64,000 nucleotides of DNA from positions 1-64,000 of the forward strand of contig JAKFBU010000019.1 in the NCBI GenBank assembly GCA_036676985.1, read 5' to 3'. The position numbers and the translations under genes are program-made. The notes under the pieces were generated by a model. It worked only from the letters and a program-made list of their open reading frames with translations. It had not been told where the DNA came from and searched no databases. This DNA comes from Candidatus Sericytochromatia bacterium. GTDB lineage: Bacteria; Cyanobacteriota; Sericytochromatia; S15B-MN24; UBA4093. This document shows, piece after piece, positions 7,103 through 16,051 of this stretch (the first letter of the stretch is position 1; the number at the start of each line of letters is the position of its first letter).

Positions 7103-9829
7103 ATGAAACGTAACGCCCTGGTCGCCCTCGCGCTCGTCATGGGTGCCGGCCTGACGGTGCCCATGACCCCGGCCGTGGCGCTGGCGGCGCCCGCCGTCGC
7201 CACCACCCAGACCATCGCGGGTCCGATCCAGAGCCTCACGCTCGCCAACGGGCTCAAGGTGATCCTGGTGGAGAACCACGCGGCCCCCGTCGTGACCTGG
7301 GTCGTGACCTACAAGGTCGGCAGCCGCAACGAGGCCGTCGGCTGGACGGGCTCGACGCACCTCCTGGAGCACATGCTCTTCAAGGGCACCAAGAACCTGG
7401 GCAAGGGACAGATCTCCCAGCTCCTGCAGCGCAACGGCGCCCAGTTCAACGCCACCACCGGCACCGACCGGACCAACTACTACGAGACCTACTCGAGCGA
7501 CAAGCTGGAGATGGGCATCCGGCTCGAGGCCGACCGCATGCGCAACTCGCTCATCCCGGATGGCGAGCGCCAAAGCGAGATGACGGTCGTCCGCAACGAG
7601 CTGGAGCGCGGCGAGAGCAACCCGGATCGCACGCTCTTCCAGGCGGTCAGCGCCCAGGCCTACAAGTCGCACCCCTATCACCACCCGACGATTGGCTGGC
7701 GCAGCGACGTCGAGGGCGTCTCGACCGAGCGCCTGCGGGAGTTCTACGACACCTACTACCACCCGAACAACGCCGTGGCCGTGCTCGTCGGCGACTTCAA
7801 GACCGCCGAGGCTGCCAAGCTCATCGAGCAGTACTTCGGACCCATCCCGGCCGCCAAGCACATCCCGCCCATGTACACGACCGAGGAGCCGCAGGAGGGT
7901 GAGCGTCGCTTCACCATCCGCCGCCGCGGCGAGACCAACCTCGTCCACAGCGCCTGGCACATCCCCGACGTGAACCACCAGGACCTGGCCCCCCTCAAGG
8001 TACTGGAGACCCTCCTGGACAGCGGCAAGACCTCGCGCCTGCACCGGGCCCTGGTCGAGAAGGAGCTCGCCACCGAGGCCTGGGCCTACTGCGGCATCCA
8101 GCGGGATCCTTCCTTGTTCTGGATCGGCACGACCGTCCGCCCCGGGGTGACGCACGAGACGATCGAGAAGGCCGCCCTCGCCGAGATCGACAAGCTCAAG
8201 CAGGAGCCCGTGACCACCGCCGAGCTCCAGAAGGCCAAGAACCAGGCCGAAGCGGGCTACATCTACGGCACGGACGGCACCTCGGGCCTCGCCATCAGCC
8301 TCGGCGAGTACGAGGCCATGGCCGGTGACTGGAAGCGCGCCTTCACGCTGCTCGACGAGATCAAGAAGGTCACGCCGCAAGACGTCCAGCGCGTGGCCAA
8401 GACCTACTTCGGGCAGGACACCCGGACTGTCGGCTGGTACGTCGCCACCCCCGACGGCCCCGTCCGCAAGCCGCCCCAAAACGCGGGCAGCGGCAAGGCC
8501 GTGGCCAGCACGGAGCCCGTGAAGCCCCTGCCTTACTTCGACTACGAAAAGCGCCCCATCGCCGAGCGCAAGCTCACCCTGCCCAAGCGCAAGGTGCTCG
8601 CCAACGGCATGACCGTGCTCGTGCTCGAGAACAAGAGCAACCCCACGGTCGCCGTCAGCGGCTTCCTGCGGACGGGCGGCGTGCATGATCCGAAGGGCAA
8701 GGAAGGCCTCGCCTCCATGACGGCCGCCATGCTCGATGAGGGCACCGCCAAGCGCGACAAGTTCGCGATCGCCGAGGAGCTCGAGTCCGTCGGCTCGTCG
8801 GTGGGCTTCTCGGGCGGCACCGAGTCGACGGGCATCAGCGGGCGATCGCTCGCCAAGAACCTCGATCGGACGCTCGGCGTGCTCGCCGAGGAACTGATGC
8901 AGCCCTCCTTCCCCGAGGCCGAGCTCGCCAAGGTCAAGGCCAACTGGATCGCGAGCATCAAGCAGGCCGAGGACCAGCCCGACACCCGGGCGTCGCGGGC
9001 CTTCAACCATGCCATCTATCCGAAGGGGCACCCCTACTACGACCTGGAGCCCGCCGAGCAGATCAAGGCCATCGAGTCGCTCACGGTGGCGGACCTCCAG
9101 GACTTCCACCGGAAGCACTACGGCCCCAACGCCATGACCCTCACGGTGGTGGGCGACGTCTCGGCGGAGGCCGTCTTCGCCAAGCTAGAAAAGGTCTTCG
9201 CAAGCTGGCCCCAGGTGACGGTGCGGCCGACGGAGATCCCCGACGTACCGACGGTCGCAGCCTCCAAGGCCGTGGTGCCCATGATGGACAAGACCAACGT
9301 CTCCATCCTCTTCGGCAACCCGACCACCATCAAGCGCCAGGACCCCAAGTACTACGCGGCCAAGCTCGCCAACTACATCCTCGGGGGGCACCCGCTCTCG
9401 GCGCGCCTCGGCGTGAAGCTGCGCGACGAGATGGGCCTGACCTACGACGCCCGCTCCAGCGTCAACCCCAGCTTCGGGGCGGGCACCTGGACGGCGACGG
9501 TGACGGTCAACGCGGCCAACGTCGGCAAGACGCTCGACGCCCTCAAGGGCGAGCTGAACCGCTTCGTCGCCAAGGGCGTGACGGCCGACGAGCTCTCGCA
9601 GGCCAAGACCGCCTTCATCGGCAGCAATGCCGTGGGCCTCGCGACCAATGGGGGCATGGCCTCGAGCCTCTCGAACATCGAGATGTACGGGCTGGGCCTC
9701 GACTTCTGGAGCCGCTACCCCAAGCTAATCCAGGCCGTCACGCTCGACGAGGTCAACGCGGTGGCGCGCCAGATGGTGCGGCCCGAGGTGGCGGATCTGG
9801 CGATCGCCGGCCCCTACCAAGAAAAGTAG
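7103..9829 (+). CDS. M16 family zinc metallopeptidase (PqqL-like), signal peptide
   Basis: inverted zincin HLLEH motif, duplicated M16/M16_C architecture. Confidence 0.95.
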   Translation: MKRNALVALALVMGAGLTVPMTPAVALAAPAVATTQTIAGPIQSLTLANGLKVILVENHAAPVVTWVVTYKVGSRNEAVGWTGSTHLLEHMLFKGTKNLGKGQISQLLQRNGAQFNATTGTDRTNYYETYSSDKLEMGIRLEADRMRNSLIPDGERQSEMTVVRNELERGESNPDRTLFQAVSAQAYKSHPYHHPTIGWRSDVEGVSTERLREFYDTYYHPNNAVAVLVGDFKTAEAAKLIEQYFGPIPAAKHIPPMYTTEEPQEGERRFTIRRRGETNLVHSAWHIPDVNHQDLAPLKVLETLLDSGKTSRLHRALVEKELATEAWAYCGIQRDPSLFWIGTTVRPGVTHETIEKAALAEIDKLKQEPVTTAELQKAKNQAEAGYIYGTDGTSGLAISLGEYEAMAGDWKRAFTLLDEIKKVTPQDVQRVAKTYFGQDTRTVGWYVATPDGPVRKPPQNAGSGKAVASTEPVKPLPYFDYEKRPIAERKLTLPKRKVLANGMTVLVLENKSNPTVAVSGFLRTGGVHDPKGKEGLASMTAAMLDEGTAKRDKFAIAEELESVGSSVGFSGGTESTGISGRSLAKNLDRTLGVLAEELMQPSFPEAELAKVKANWIASIKQAEDQPDTRASRAFNHAIYPKGHPYYDLEPAEQIKAIESLTVADLQDFHRKHYGPNAMTLTVVGDVSAEAVFAKLEKVFASWPQVTVRPTEIPDVPTVAASKAVVPMMDKTNVSILFGNPTTIKRQDPKYYAAKLANYILGGHPLSARLGVKLRDEMGLTYDARSSVNPSFGAGTWTATVTVNAANVGKTLDALKGELNRFVAKGVTADELSQAKTAFIGSNAVGLATNGGMASSLSNIEMYGLGLDFWSRYPKLIQAVTLDEVNAVARQMVRPEVADLAIAGPYQEK

Positions 9830-9836
9830 CAAGCCC

Positions 9837-9872
9837 AAGAGGGCCCGGAGACTGGATCTCCGGGCCCTCTTG
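9837..9872 (+). terminator. terminator hairpin
   Basis: caagagggcccggaga..tctccgggccctcttg. Confidence 0.65.
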
Positions 9873-9933
9873 CCATGCCGGGCCATGTGATACACTGGCT
9901 TGCAGTTGCCCCCCATGCCAGCGAGGTCTCGCC

Positions 9934-10107
9934 ATGCTCACCGATCGTCAGAGTCTCGAAAGCGCCGCCCTCAGCGCCTTCCAGGAGGCGGACCTGCCCA
10001 ACGGACTGCCGGCGGCGGAGGTCTTCAAGCTGGGCTTCTACGCGGGCTTCCGGGCCGCGAAGGTCGAGGAGCAGGACGCCCTGCTCAAGTCGATGGAGCA
10101 AGCCTAG
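9934..10107 (+). CDS. small hypothetical protein (57 aa, MLTDRQSLESAALSAFQEADLPNGLPAAEVFKLGFYAGFRAAKVEEQDALLKSMEQA)
   Basis: GAGG RBS, host codon bias, stop 6 nt before the next ATG. Confidence 0.7.
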   Translation: MLTDRQSLESAALSAFQEADLPNGLPAAEVFKLGFYAGFRAAKVEEQDALLKSMEQA

Positions 10108-10113
10108 CTCCCC

Positions 10114-10515
10114 ATGGTCACTCGGACGCTCCTGCCCCTGGTGCTCGCGGCGGTCCTGGCCCTGCCGGCCGTCGCCGCCCCGAGCCCGGCGCCGACGCGT
10201 GACCCGGCCTACTTCAGCTATGCCGACTACTACATGCGGCACTATCGCGACCAGAAGGCCACCCAGCGCCCCGCCGAGCAGGATCCGTACCGCTTCTTCA
10301 ACTACTACGGCTACTACCAGAGCCGGTACGGGACGGCCTCGACCGGGGCGGATCCCTACTATTACTACGGCCTTTACGAGGCGGCCCTGAGCGAGCGCTA
10401 CCGGCAGGCACTCGGCACCGAGGCGCCCCGCAAGTCCGGTCTCATGTCCCAGGCGATGCGGTTCTGGCAGTTCACGCAAACGCCCCAACCCAAGAGGACG
10501 CCCCATGAACGGTAA
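10114..10515 (+). CDS. secreted tyrosine-rich protein
   Basis: signal peptide (AVA-A) and three DPxYxxYxxYY-like repeats; overlaps the gmk start. Confidence 0.75.
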   Translation: MVTRTLLPLVLAAVLALPAVAAPSPAPTRDPAYFSYADYYMRHYRDQKATQRPAEQDPYRFFNYYGYYQSRYGTASTGADPYYYYGLYEAALSERYRQALGTEAPRKSGLMSQAMRFWQFTQTPQPKRTPHER

Positions 10516-11059
10516 GGTCTGGATCCTGGTCGGCCCCTCGGGGACCGGCAAGACGACGCTCGCCAAGGAGTTGCCCCAGCGGGTGCCGCAGCTCAAGCGC
10601 GCGGTCACCTGCACTACCCGCCCGCCGCGACCCGGCGAGCACGAGGGGGTCGACTACTACTTCGTGACCAACGAGCAGTTCGACTTCTTGCTCGCCTCCG
10701 GCAAACTGCTGGAGTCGACCACCTACGGCGGTAACCGCTACGGGCTGCCGTCGGACCAGTTCCTCGAGCTCCGGGACCACGACGTCATCTGCGTCCTGGA
10801 CTACGTCGGCGTGGAGAACCTGTACCGGCGCCTGCAGCCGGAGACGCTGCGGGTGGTGTACCTGGAGAGCCCCTCGGCCGGCGAGCTCACCAAGCGCATG
10901 CGCGAGCGCGGCAGCACCGAGGACGAGATCGAACGGCGCCTCTTGATGCGCCAGGAAGAGCACCAGCCGGACCACTGCCACCACGTGCTCAAGACCGACG
11001 CGCCCTACGACGAGGTGCGCGCGGAGCTGGAGCGGATCATCACCGGCGCGCGGAGCTAG
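10505..11059 (+). CDS. gmk: guanylate kinase
   Basis: [10 protein letters not shown]-loop, [18 protein letters not shown] signature. Confidence 0.9.
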   Translation: MNGKVWILVGPSGTGKTTLAKELPQRVPQLKRAVTCTTRPPRPGEHEGVDYYFVTNEQFDFLLASGKLLESTTYGGNRYGLPSDQFLELRDHDVICVLDYVGVENLYRRLQPETLRVVYLESPSAGELTKRMRERGSTEDEIERRLLMRQEEHQPDHCHHVLKTDAPYDEVRAELERIITGARS

Positions 11060-11099
11060 GTCCTCCCCGCCCTGTGACGCAACGGCAGGAGCTGCTACG

Positions 11100-11210
11100 C
11101 TGGCCCCCCGCTTACGCGAGGGTGACGGGAGTGCCGACTGGCCGCTGACAGGGCTTCCGCACGATACGCGAAAGACCGTTCCCGTCACCCTCGCGTAAGC
11201 GGGGGTCCAG
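11100..11210. repeat. inverted pair of REP-like palindromes (GTCACCCTCGCGTAAGCGGGGGTCCA)
   Basis: 11100-11130 and 11180-11210 are 30/31 inverted repeats. Confidence 0.8.
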
Positions 11211-11244
11211 AAAGCCGACGGGTGATGTCACGACATCCCAAGGG

Positions 11245-11277
11245 GAAGGCCCCGAGCAATGCTCGGGGCCTTTTTCG
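11245..11277. terminator. intrinsic terminator
   Basis: aaggccccgagca-a-tgctcggggcc followed by a T-tract. Confidence 0.8.
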
Positions 11278-11292
11278 TGGGAAGGGATGGGA

Positions 11293-12093
11293 TTAGAAGT
11301 TCCACCACTGCGACTCGGCCGGGATGACCGGGGCGTTGGGATCGGCGGGCGGGGTGTTGGGATCCGCCGGAGCCGGAACGGGATCGGCCGGAGGAGCCGG
11401 GGGGTTGTTGCCGCCTGGCACGTAGTTCGGGTTGATGGCCTTGGCCACCGCGACCATGTAGAGGTCCTCGAACTCGCCCTGCGAGAGCTGGCCGTCGCCG
11501 GTCTTGTCGCACGCGGTGACGTCCGCCGGGTCGAAGGCCGGGATCATCACGCGGATGTGCACCTTGTCGTAGGCAAAGCCCAGGCCCAGCTTGGCGAGCG
11601 CGGTATCCGCGAGCTCTTCCTGCGAGAGGTAGCCGTCGCCCTTGCCGAAGAGGCCGCTGCCGGGGGTCTTCTTGTCGAGGCGGGTGAAGGCGGTGGCGAT
11701 GAAGCGGCGCATCCGCTCCATGAAGGCGTTGGGGTTGTCACGGCCGCTCAAGAGACCACCCGCGGTGGCGTACTTCATGAACTCGGTCTTCGAGATCTTG
11801 CCGTTGCCCTTGCCGCTCTTGCCCTTGTCGGCCTTGGGGAACTCCTTGGTCAGGTTGAAGTAGGGGCCCGCCTCGTACTCGTCGACGTACTTGTCGCCGT
11901 TGGAGTCGAACTTGGCGAAGATGGCCAGGTGGACGTTCTTGAAACCTTCCTTGAGCGTCTTGGTCGCGGCGGCGTCAAAGCCGACCTCGGCCTCGGCCGT
12001 GTTGACGCCCGTACCAGGGGCCATACCGCAGCCAGTCATCAGGGTGAGGCCGGCCGAAACGGCGATGAGGGTAGCCAGGGCGTTCTTACGCAT
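11293..12093 (-). CDS. EF-hand calcium-binding lipoprotein with Pro-rich tail
   Basis: lipobox LMTGC; DSNGDKYVDEYE and DKTGDGQLSQGE loops. Confidence 0.85.
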   Translation of the reverse strand: MRKNALATLIAVSAGLTLMTGCGMAPGTGVNTAEAEVGFDAAATKTLKEGFKNVHLAIFAKFDSNGDKYVDEYEAGPYFNLTKEFPKADKGKSGKGNGKISKTEFMKYATAGGLLSGRDNPNAFMERMRRFIATAFTRLDKKTPGSGLFGKGDGYLSQEELADTALAKLGLGFAYDKVHIRVMIPAFDPADVTACDKTGDGQLSQGEFEDLYMVAVAKAINPNYVPGGNNPPAPPADPVPAPADPNTPPADPNAPVIPAESQWWNF

Positions 12094-12404
12094 ACCGGGA
12101 CGCTCCTTCCATCAGAGGGAACAGCAACTTCGTTAACCTGTGATGAATATCGCCTTAACCGCTCAGATCTTTCTTAAGGGACGGTTAAGGTCAATTAAAG
12201 TTTGGAGTTTGTCAGATCCGGCAAAGGTCGCCCCCGAGAGGGTTTTAACACTTGACGAACTGGACCCCGAGGGGCCCGAAGCCTGACTGCATGGGAGCGG
12301 AGATGCCCTTTGGGTCCGCGCACGGTATAATGGACGGTTTAAGGGGGCCTATCGGCCCTAGAAGCGCAGCGCCTACCAGGCAGGACCCTAAGAAGGAACC
12401 CTCG

Positions 12405-14210
12405 ATGACCGTCCCGACGGATCGCATCCGGAATTTCTCGATCATCGCCCACATCGACCACGGCAAGTCCACGCTCGCCGATCGCCTGCTCGAATACACG
12501 GGCACCGTCGAGCAGCGGGAGATGGAAGCGCAGCTGCTCGACTCGATGGACCTCGAGCGCGAGCGCGGCATCACCATCAAGGCGCAGGCCGTGCGCCTCG
12601 ACTACCGCGCCAAGAACGGGCAGGACTACGTCATCAACCTGATCGACACGCCGGGCCACGTCGACTTCACCTACGAGGTCTCGCGCTCGCTGGCTGCGTG
12701 CGAGGGCGCCATCCTGGTCGTGGACGCCTCCCAGGGCGTCGAGGCCCAGACGCTCGCCAACGTGTACCTGGCCCTCGAGCACGATCTCGAGATCGTCCCG
12801 GTCCTCAACAAGATCGACCTGCCCGGCGCCGAACCCGAGCGCGTGCGCAACGAGATCGAGGAGGTCATCGGCCTGGACGCCTCCGAGGCGGTGTTGGCGA
12901 GCGCCAAGGCCGGCATCGGCATCCAGGACATCCTCGAGCAGATCGTCGAGAAGGTGCCCGCCCCCAAGGGCGAGGCCGAGGCTCCGCTGCAGGCCCTCAT
13001 CTTCGACTCGTACTACGACGCTTACCGCGGCGTCATCGTCTTCTTCCGCGTCTTCAACGGCACGCTCAAGGTCGGCGACACGATCCGCATGATGGCCACG
13101 GACGCCGAGATCCAGGTCACGGAGCTGGGCGTGCTGCGCCCCCGCCAGACCCCGGTCACGGAGCTCGGCATCGGCGAGGTCGGCTACCTGGCGGGCGCCA
13201 TCAAGAACGTGGCCGACGCGCGGGTGGGCGACACCATCACCCTCGCCAAGCGCCCTGCCGGAGAACCCCTGCCGGGCTACAAGCAGGCCACACCGATGGT
13301 CTTCTGCGGCCTCTACCCCACCTCCGCCGAGGACTACCCGCAGCTGCGCGACGCCCTCGAGAAGCTCACGCTCAACGACGCCTCCCTCCACTGGGAGCCC
13401 GAGACGTCGGCGGCCCTCGGCTTCGGCTTCCGCTGCGGCTTTCTGGGCCTCTTGCACCTGGAGATCATCCAGGAGCGCCTGGAGCGCGAGTACGGCCTGA
13501 CGCTCATCGCCACGGCACCCTCGGTGGCCTACCGGGTCACGGTGCAGGGCGGCGAGGTGGTCACGGTCGACAACCCGACGAACATGCCTCCGGCCGTCAA
13601 GATCGAGAAGATGGAGGAGCCCTTCGTCAAGGTCAGCATCATCGCTCCCAAGGACTACGTGGGCCCCGTGATGGAGTTAGCGCAGGGAAAACGCGGGGTA
13701 TACCTGAACATGGAGTACCTCAGCAGCGACCGGACGCAGCTCACCTACGAGATCCCGCTTGCCGAGCTGATCACCGACTTCTTCGATCAGCTCAAGAGCA
13801 GGACCAAGGGGTATGCCTCCATGGATTACGAGCTCGCGGGCTTCCGCGAGTCCAACCTGGTCAAGCTGGACATCCTCCTGGCCGGTGAGGCGGTCGATGC
13901 GCTTTCCGCCATCGTCCACCGGGACCGGGCCCAGGCCGTCGGGCGTCAGCTCGCCGAAAAGCTCCGGGAGCTCATCCCCCGGCAGTTGTTCGAGGTGCCC
14001 ATCCAGGCCGCGATCGGCAACAAGGTCATCGCACGCGAGACCATCGCTGCCATGCGCAAGAACGTCTTGGCCAAGTGCTACGGGGGCGACATCTCCCGCA
14101 AGCGCAAGCTGCTCGAGAAGCAGAAGGAAGGCAAGAAGCGCATGAAGCAGGTGGGCAACGTGGAAATCCCCCAAGAGGCCTTCATGGCCGTCTTGAAGAT
14201 CGGCGACTAG
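12405..14210 (+). CDS. lepA: elongation factor 4 (LepA)
   Basis: [47 protein letters not shown]. Confidence 0.98.
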   Translation: MTVPTDRIRNFSIIAHIDHGKSTLADRLLEYTGTVEQREMEAQLLDSMDLERERGITIKAQAVRLDYRAKNGQDYVINLIDTPGHVDFTYEVSRSLAACEGAILVVDASQGVEAQTLANVYLALEHDLEIVPVLNKIDLPGAEPERVRNEIEEVIGLDASEAVLASAKAGIGIQDILEQIVEKVPAPKGEAEAPLQALIFDSYYDAYRGVIVFFRVFNGTLKVGDTIRMMATDAEIQVTELGVLRPRQTPVTELGIGEVGYLAGAIKNVADARVGDTITLAKRPAGEPLPGYKQATPMVFCGLYPTSAEDYPQLRDALEKLTLNDASLHWEPETSAALGFGFRCGFLGLLHLEIIQERLEREYGLTLIATAPSVAYRVTVQGGEVVTVDNPTNMPPAVKIEKMEEPFVKVSIIAPKDYVGPVMELAQGKRGVYLNMEYLSSDRTQLTYEIPLAELITDFFDQLKSRTKGYASMDYELAGFRESNLVKLDILLAGEAVDALSAIVHRDRAQAVGRQLAEKLRELIPRQLFEVPIQAAIGNKVIARETIAAMRKNVLAKCYGGDISRKRKLLEKQKEGKKRMKQVGNVEIPQEAFMAVLKIGD

Positions 14211-14243
14211 TCAAGGGCAACCAACGAAAGGCGGAATCAGAAG

Positions 14244-15242
14244 GTGGACTTGCCGTTTCTCAACAACGCCCCTGCCGGGGCACCCGCGGCAAACCCGGGA
14301 GCCCCTCAAGGCGGCGACTTCTGGGGCGGGGATTCCGGTAGCAACGACGACGCGACGCTGAACGACCTGCTCGCCCTCTACCAGTCCGCCAACGAACCCG
14401 CCGCGCCCTTCGCAGAACCCACGGCCCTCGCCGAGCCTGCCTTTGCCGCCGAGCCCGCCTTCGCTCCGGTTCCGGCCATGGAGCCTGCCTTCGCACAGGC
14501 CCCCCTGGCGGATCCCTTCGCCATGCCCGGCGCCGACGCCGAGATCGACGAGCTGATCAAGAGCTTCCAGAACCCGGGCGCCGAAGCTCCCGCGTTCGCG
14601 GCCCCTCCGGCCGAGCCCATGTTCGCGCCTCCCCCCGCCGAGCCCGTCTTCGCGGCCCCTCCGGCCGAGCCCGTGTTCGCCGCTCCGCCGGCCGAGCCGG
14701 TGTTTGCGGCCCCTCCGGCCGAGCCCGTGTTCGCCGCCCCTCCGGCCGAGCCGGTGTTCGCGGCGCCTGAGCCCGTGTTCGCCCCGGAGCCCGAACCCGT
14801 CTTCGCGGCTCCGCCCGAGCCGGTCTTCACTCCGCCCGCTCCGGTGGCGGCGCCCGCGCCGATCCCGCAGCCGACACCCGTGGCCCCGGCCATGGAGACC
14901 ATGCGGGTGGCCACCGTGCCCCAGGCGGCCCCCATCGACATCCCGGCGGGCAGCATGCGCCTCGCCACCGCCGAGGAGCGCCAGGCGGCGATGCAGGGCG
15001 TGGTCTCGGCCGTCAACCAGCTGACCACGGGCATCGAGCAGATCCAGTCGCAGCTCGCGACCCTCTACGAGGGCCTCGCGCACGCCGCCGCCCACCGGGC
15101 GCCGGTGACGGAGATCGTCACCCTGACCGAGCAGCTGACGGCGACCAAGGGCCAGGCCGGCGAGAACTCGCCACTCTGGCAGCAGGCGATGATGATCCGG
15201 CAGACCGCCGACGCCTACCTGCAGATGCTCAAGACGCTCTAA
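14244..15242 (+). CDS. Pro/Ala/Glu-rich repeat protein with helical C-terminal domain
   Basis: GTG start after lepA, host codon bias, terminator downstream. Confidence 0.8.
   Translation: MDLPFLNNAPAGAPAANPGAPQGGDFWGGDSGSNDDATLNDLLALYQSANEPAAPFAEPTALAEPAFAAEPAFAPVPAMEPAFAQAPLADPFAMPGADAEIDELIKSFQNPGAEAPAFAAPPAEPMFAPPPAEPVFAAPPAEPVFAAPPAEPVFAAPPAEPVFAAPPAEPVFAAPEPVFAPEPEPVFAAPPEPVFTPPAPVAAPAPIPQPTPVAPAMETMRVATVPQAAPIDIPAGSMRLATAEERQAAMQGVVSAVNQLTTGIEQIQSQLATLYEGLAHAAAHRAPVTEIVTLTEQLTATKGQAGENSPLWQQAMMIRQTADAYLQMLKTL
14595..14828 (+). repeat. intragenic 27-bp tandem repeat (FAAPPAEPV) x6 plus degenerate copies
   Basis: ttcgcggcccctccggccgagcccgtg units with synonymous variation. Confidence 0.9.
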
Positions 15243-15252
15243 GCCAGACCTG

Positions 15253-15286
15253 AAACGCCCCCGGGGTATTCCCGGGGGCGTTTTTC
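15253..15286. terminator. bidirectional terminator
   Basis: aaacgcccccggg-gtatt-cccgggggcg-ttttt. Confidence 0.8.
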
Positions 15287-15318
15287 ATGGGCAAGTCGGC
15301 GATCCCGTCAGCAACGAT

Positions 15319-15852
15319 CTAGCGCTTGCCGTGTTTCTCAGCCAGGATCTTGGCGTAGCTGCGGGTCTCCACCTGGTCATCCGCGAGGCCGAACCGCTCG
15401 CGCAGGCCCTTCAGGCGCTCCTGGGCCGAGGCGTCGGTCGCGAGCACTTCGAGCTCGGCGAAGTCCTCGTCCAGGCCCTCGATCCGATCCAGCGTGACCG
15501 TGACGCCGTCCACGTCGTACTCGTCGCGATGCTTGCGGACCGTCAGGAGCGGCCCGTGCCCCAGCCAGGCGAACGTCTCGGCGAGCGCCTCGACCATGTC
15601 GGAGGGGACCGGCGTCTCGATCTCCGTGCGCACCTTGGTACCGTCCGCAGAGACGGTCGAGGCGTCCTTGCGGGTCATGACCCAGCCGTCCCCCTCGCGC
15701 CGCAGCCTCAGGACCCGGCCCGGCACGTCGAAGTAGCGATCCTCCTGGTCCATGCCGTGATGGGGAGCGCCCTCGAGCGCACGCGCGATCGCCTCCCGCT
15801 GCCCCGGCCGCAGGCGGAACTTCGCCTCGATCTCTAGCCCCCGCTTCTCCAT
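15319..15852 (-). CDS. CYTH-domain protein (class IV adenylate cyclase CyaB-like)
   Basis: EIEAKF (ExExK), QEDRYF, LRLR, VRKHR, ELE, SY motifs. Confidence 0.88.
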   Translation of the reverse strand: MEKRGLEIEAKFRLRPGQREAIARALEGAPHHGMDQEDRYFDVPGRVLRLRREGDGWVMTRKDASTVSADGTKVRTEIETPVPSDMVEALAETFAWLGHGPLLTVRKHRDEYDVDGVTVTLDRIEGLDEDFAELEVLATDASAQERLKGLRERFGLADDQVETRSYAKILAEKHGKR

Positions 15853-16051
15853 GGTCTTCCTCCTCGGACGTGACCGCCCGCTTCCCAAACAGCCGTGCAA
15901 GCATCGTAGCACCGGGATCAGAGCCTGTTAAGCCCCCGCTAACGAGCAATTGGAGATAATCAAGGGTTCATTAAATCGCACAAGCATGGAGGGGGTAGGG
16001 GTACAACAAGACTAGTCGACGACTGCTGGCAATCTCCAGGAGGCTGCTCCC

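Noticed and set aside
14595-14828. 27-bp repeats as a CRISPR array
   Set aside because: Repeats are contiguous without spacers, in frame, and vary at synonymous positions; no cas genes.
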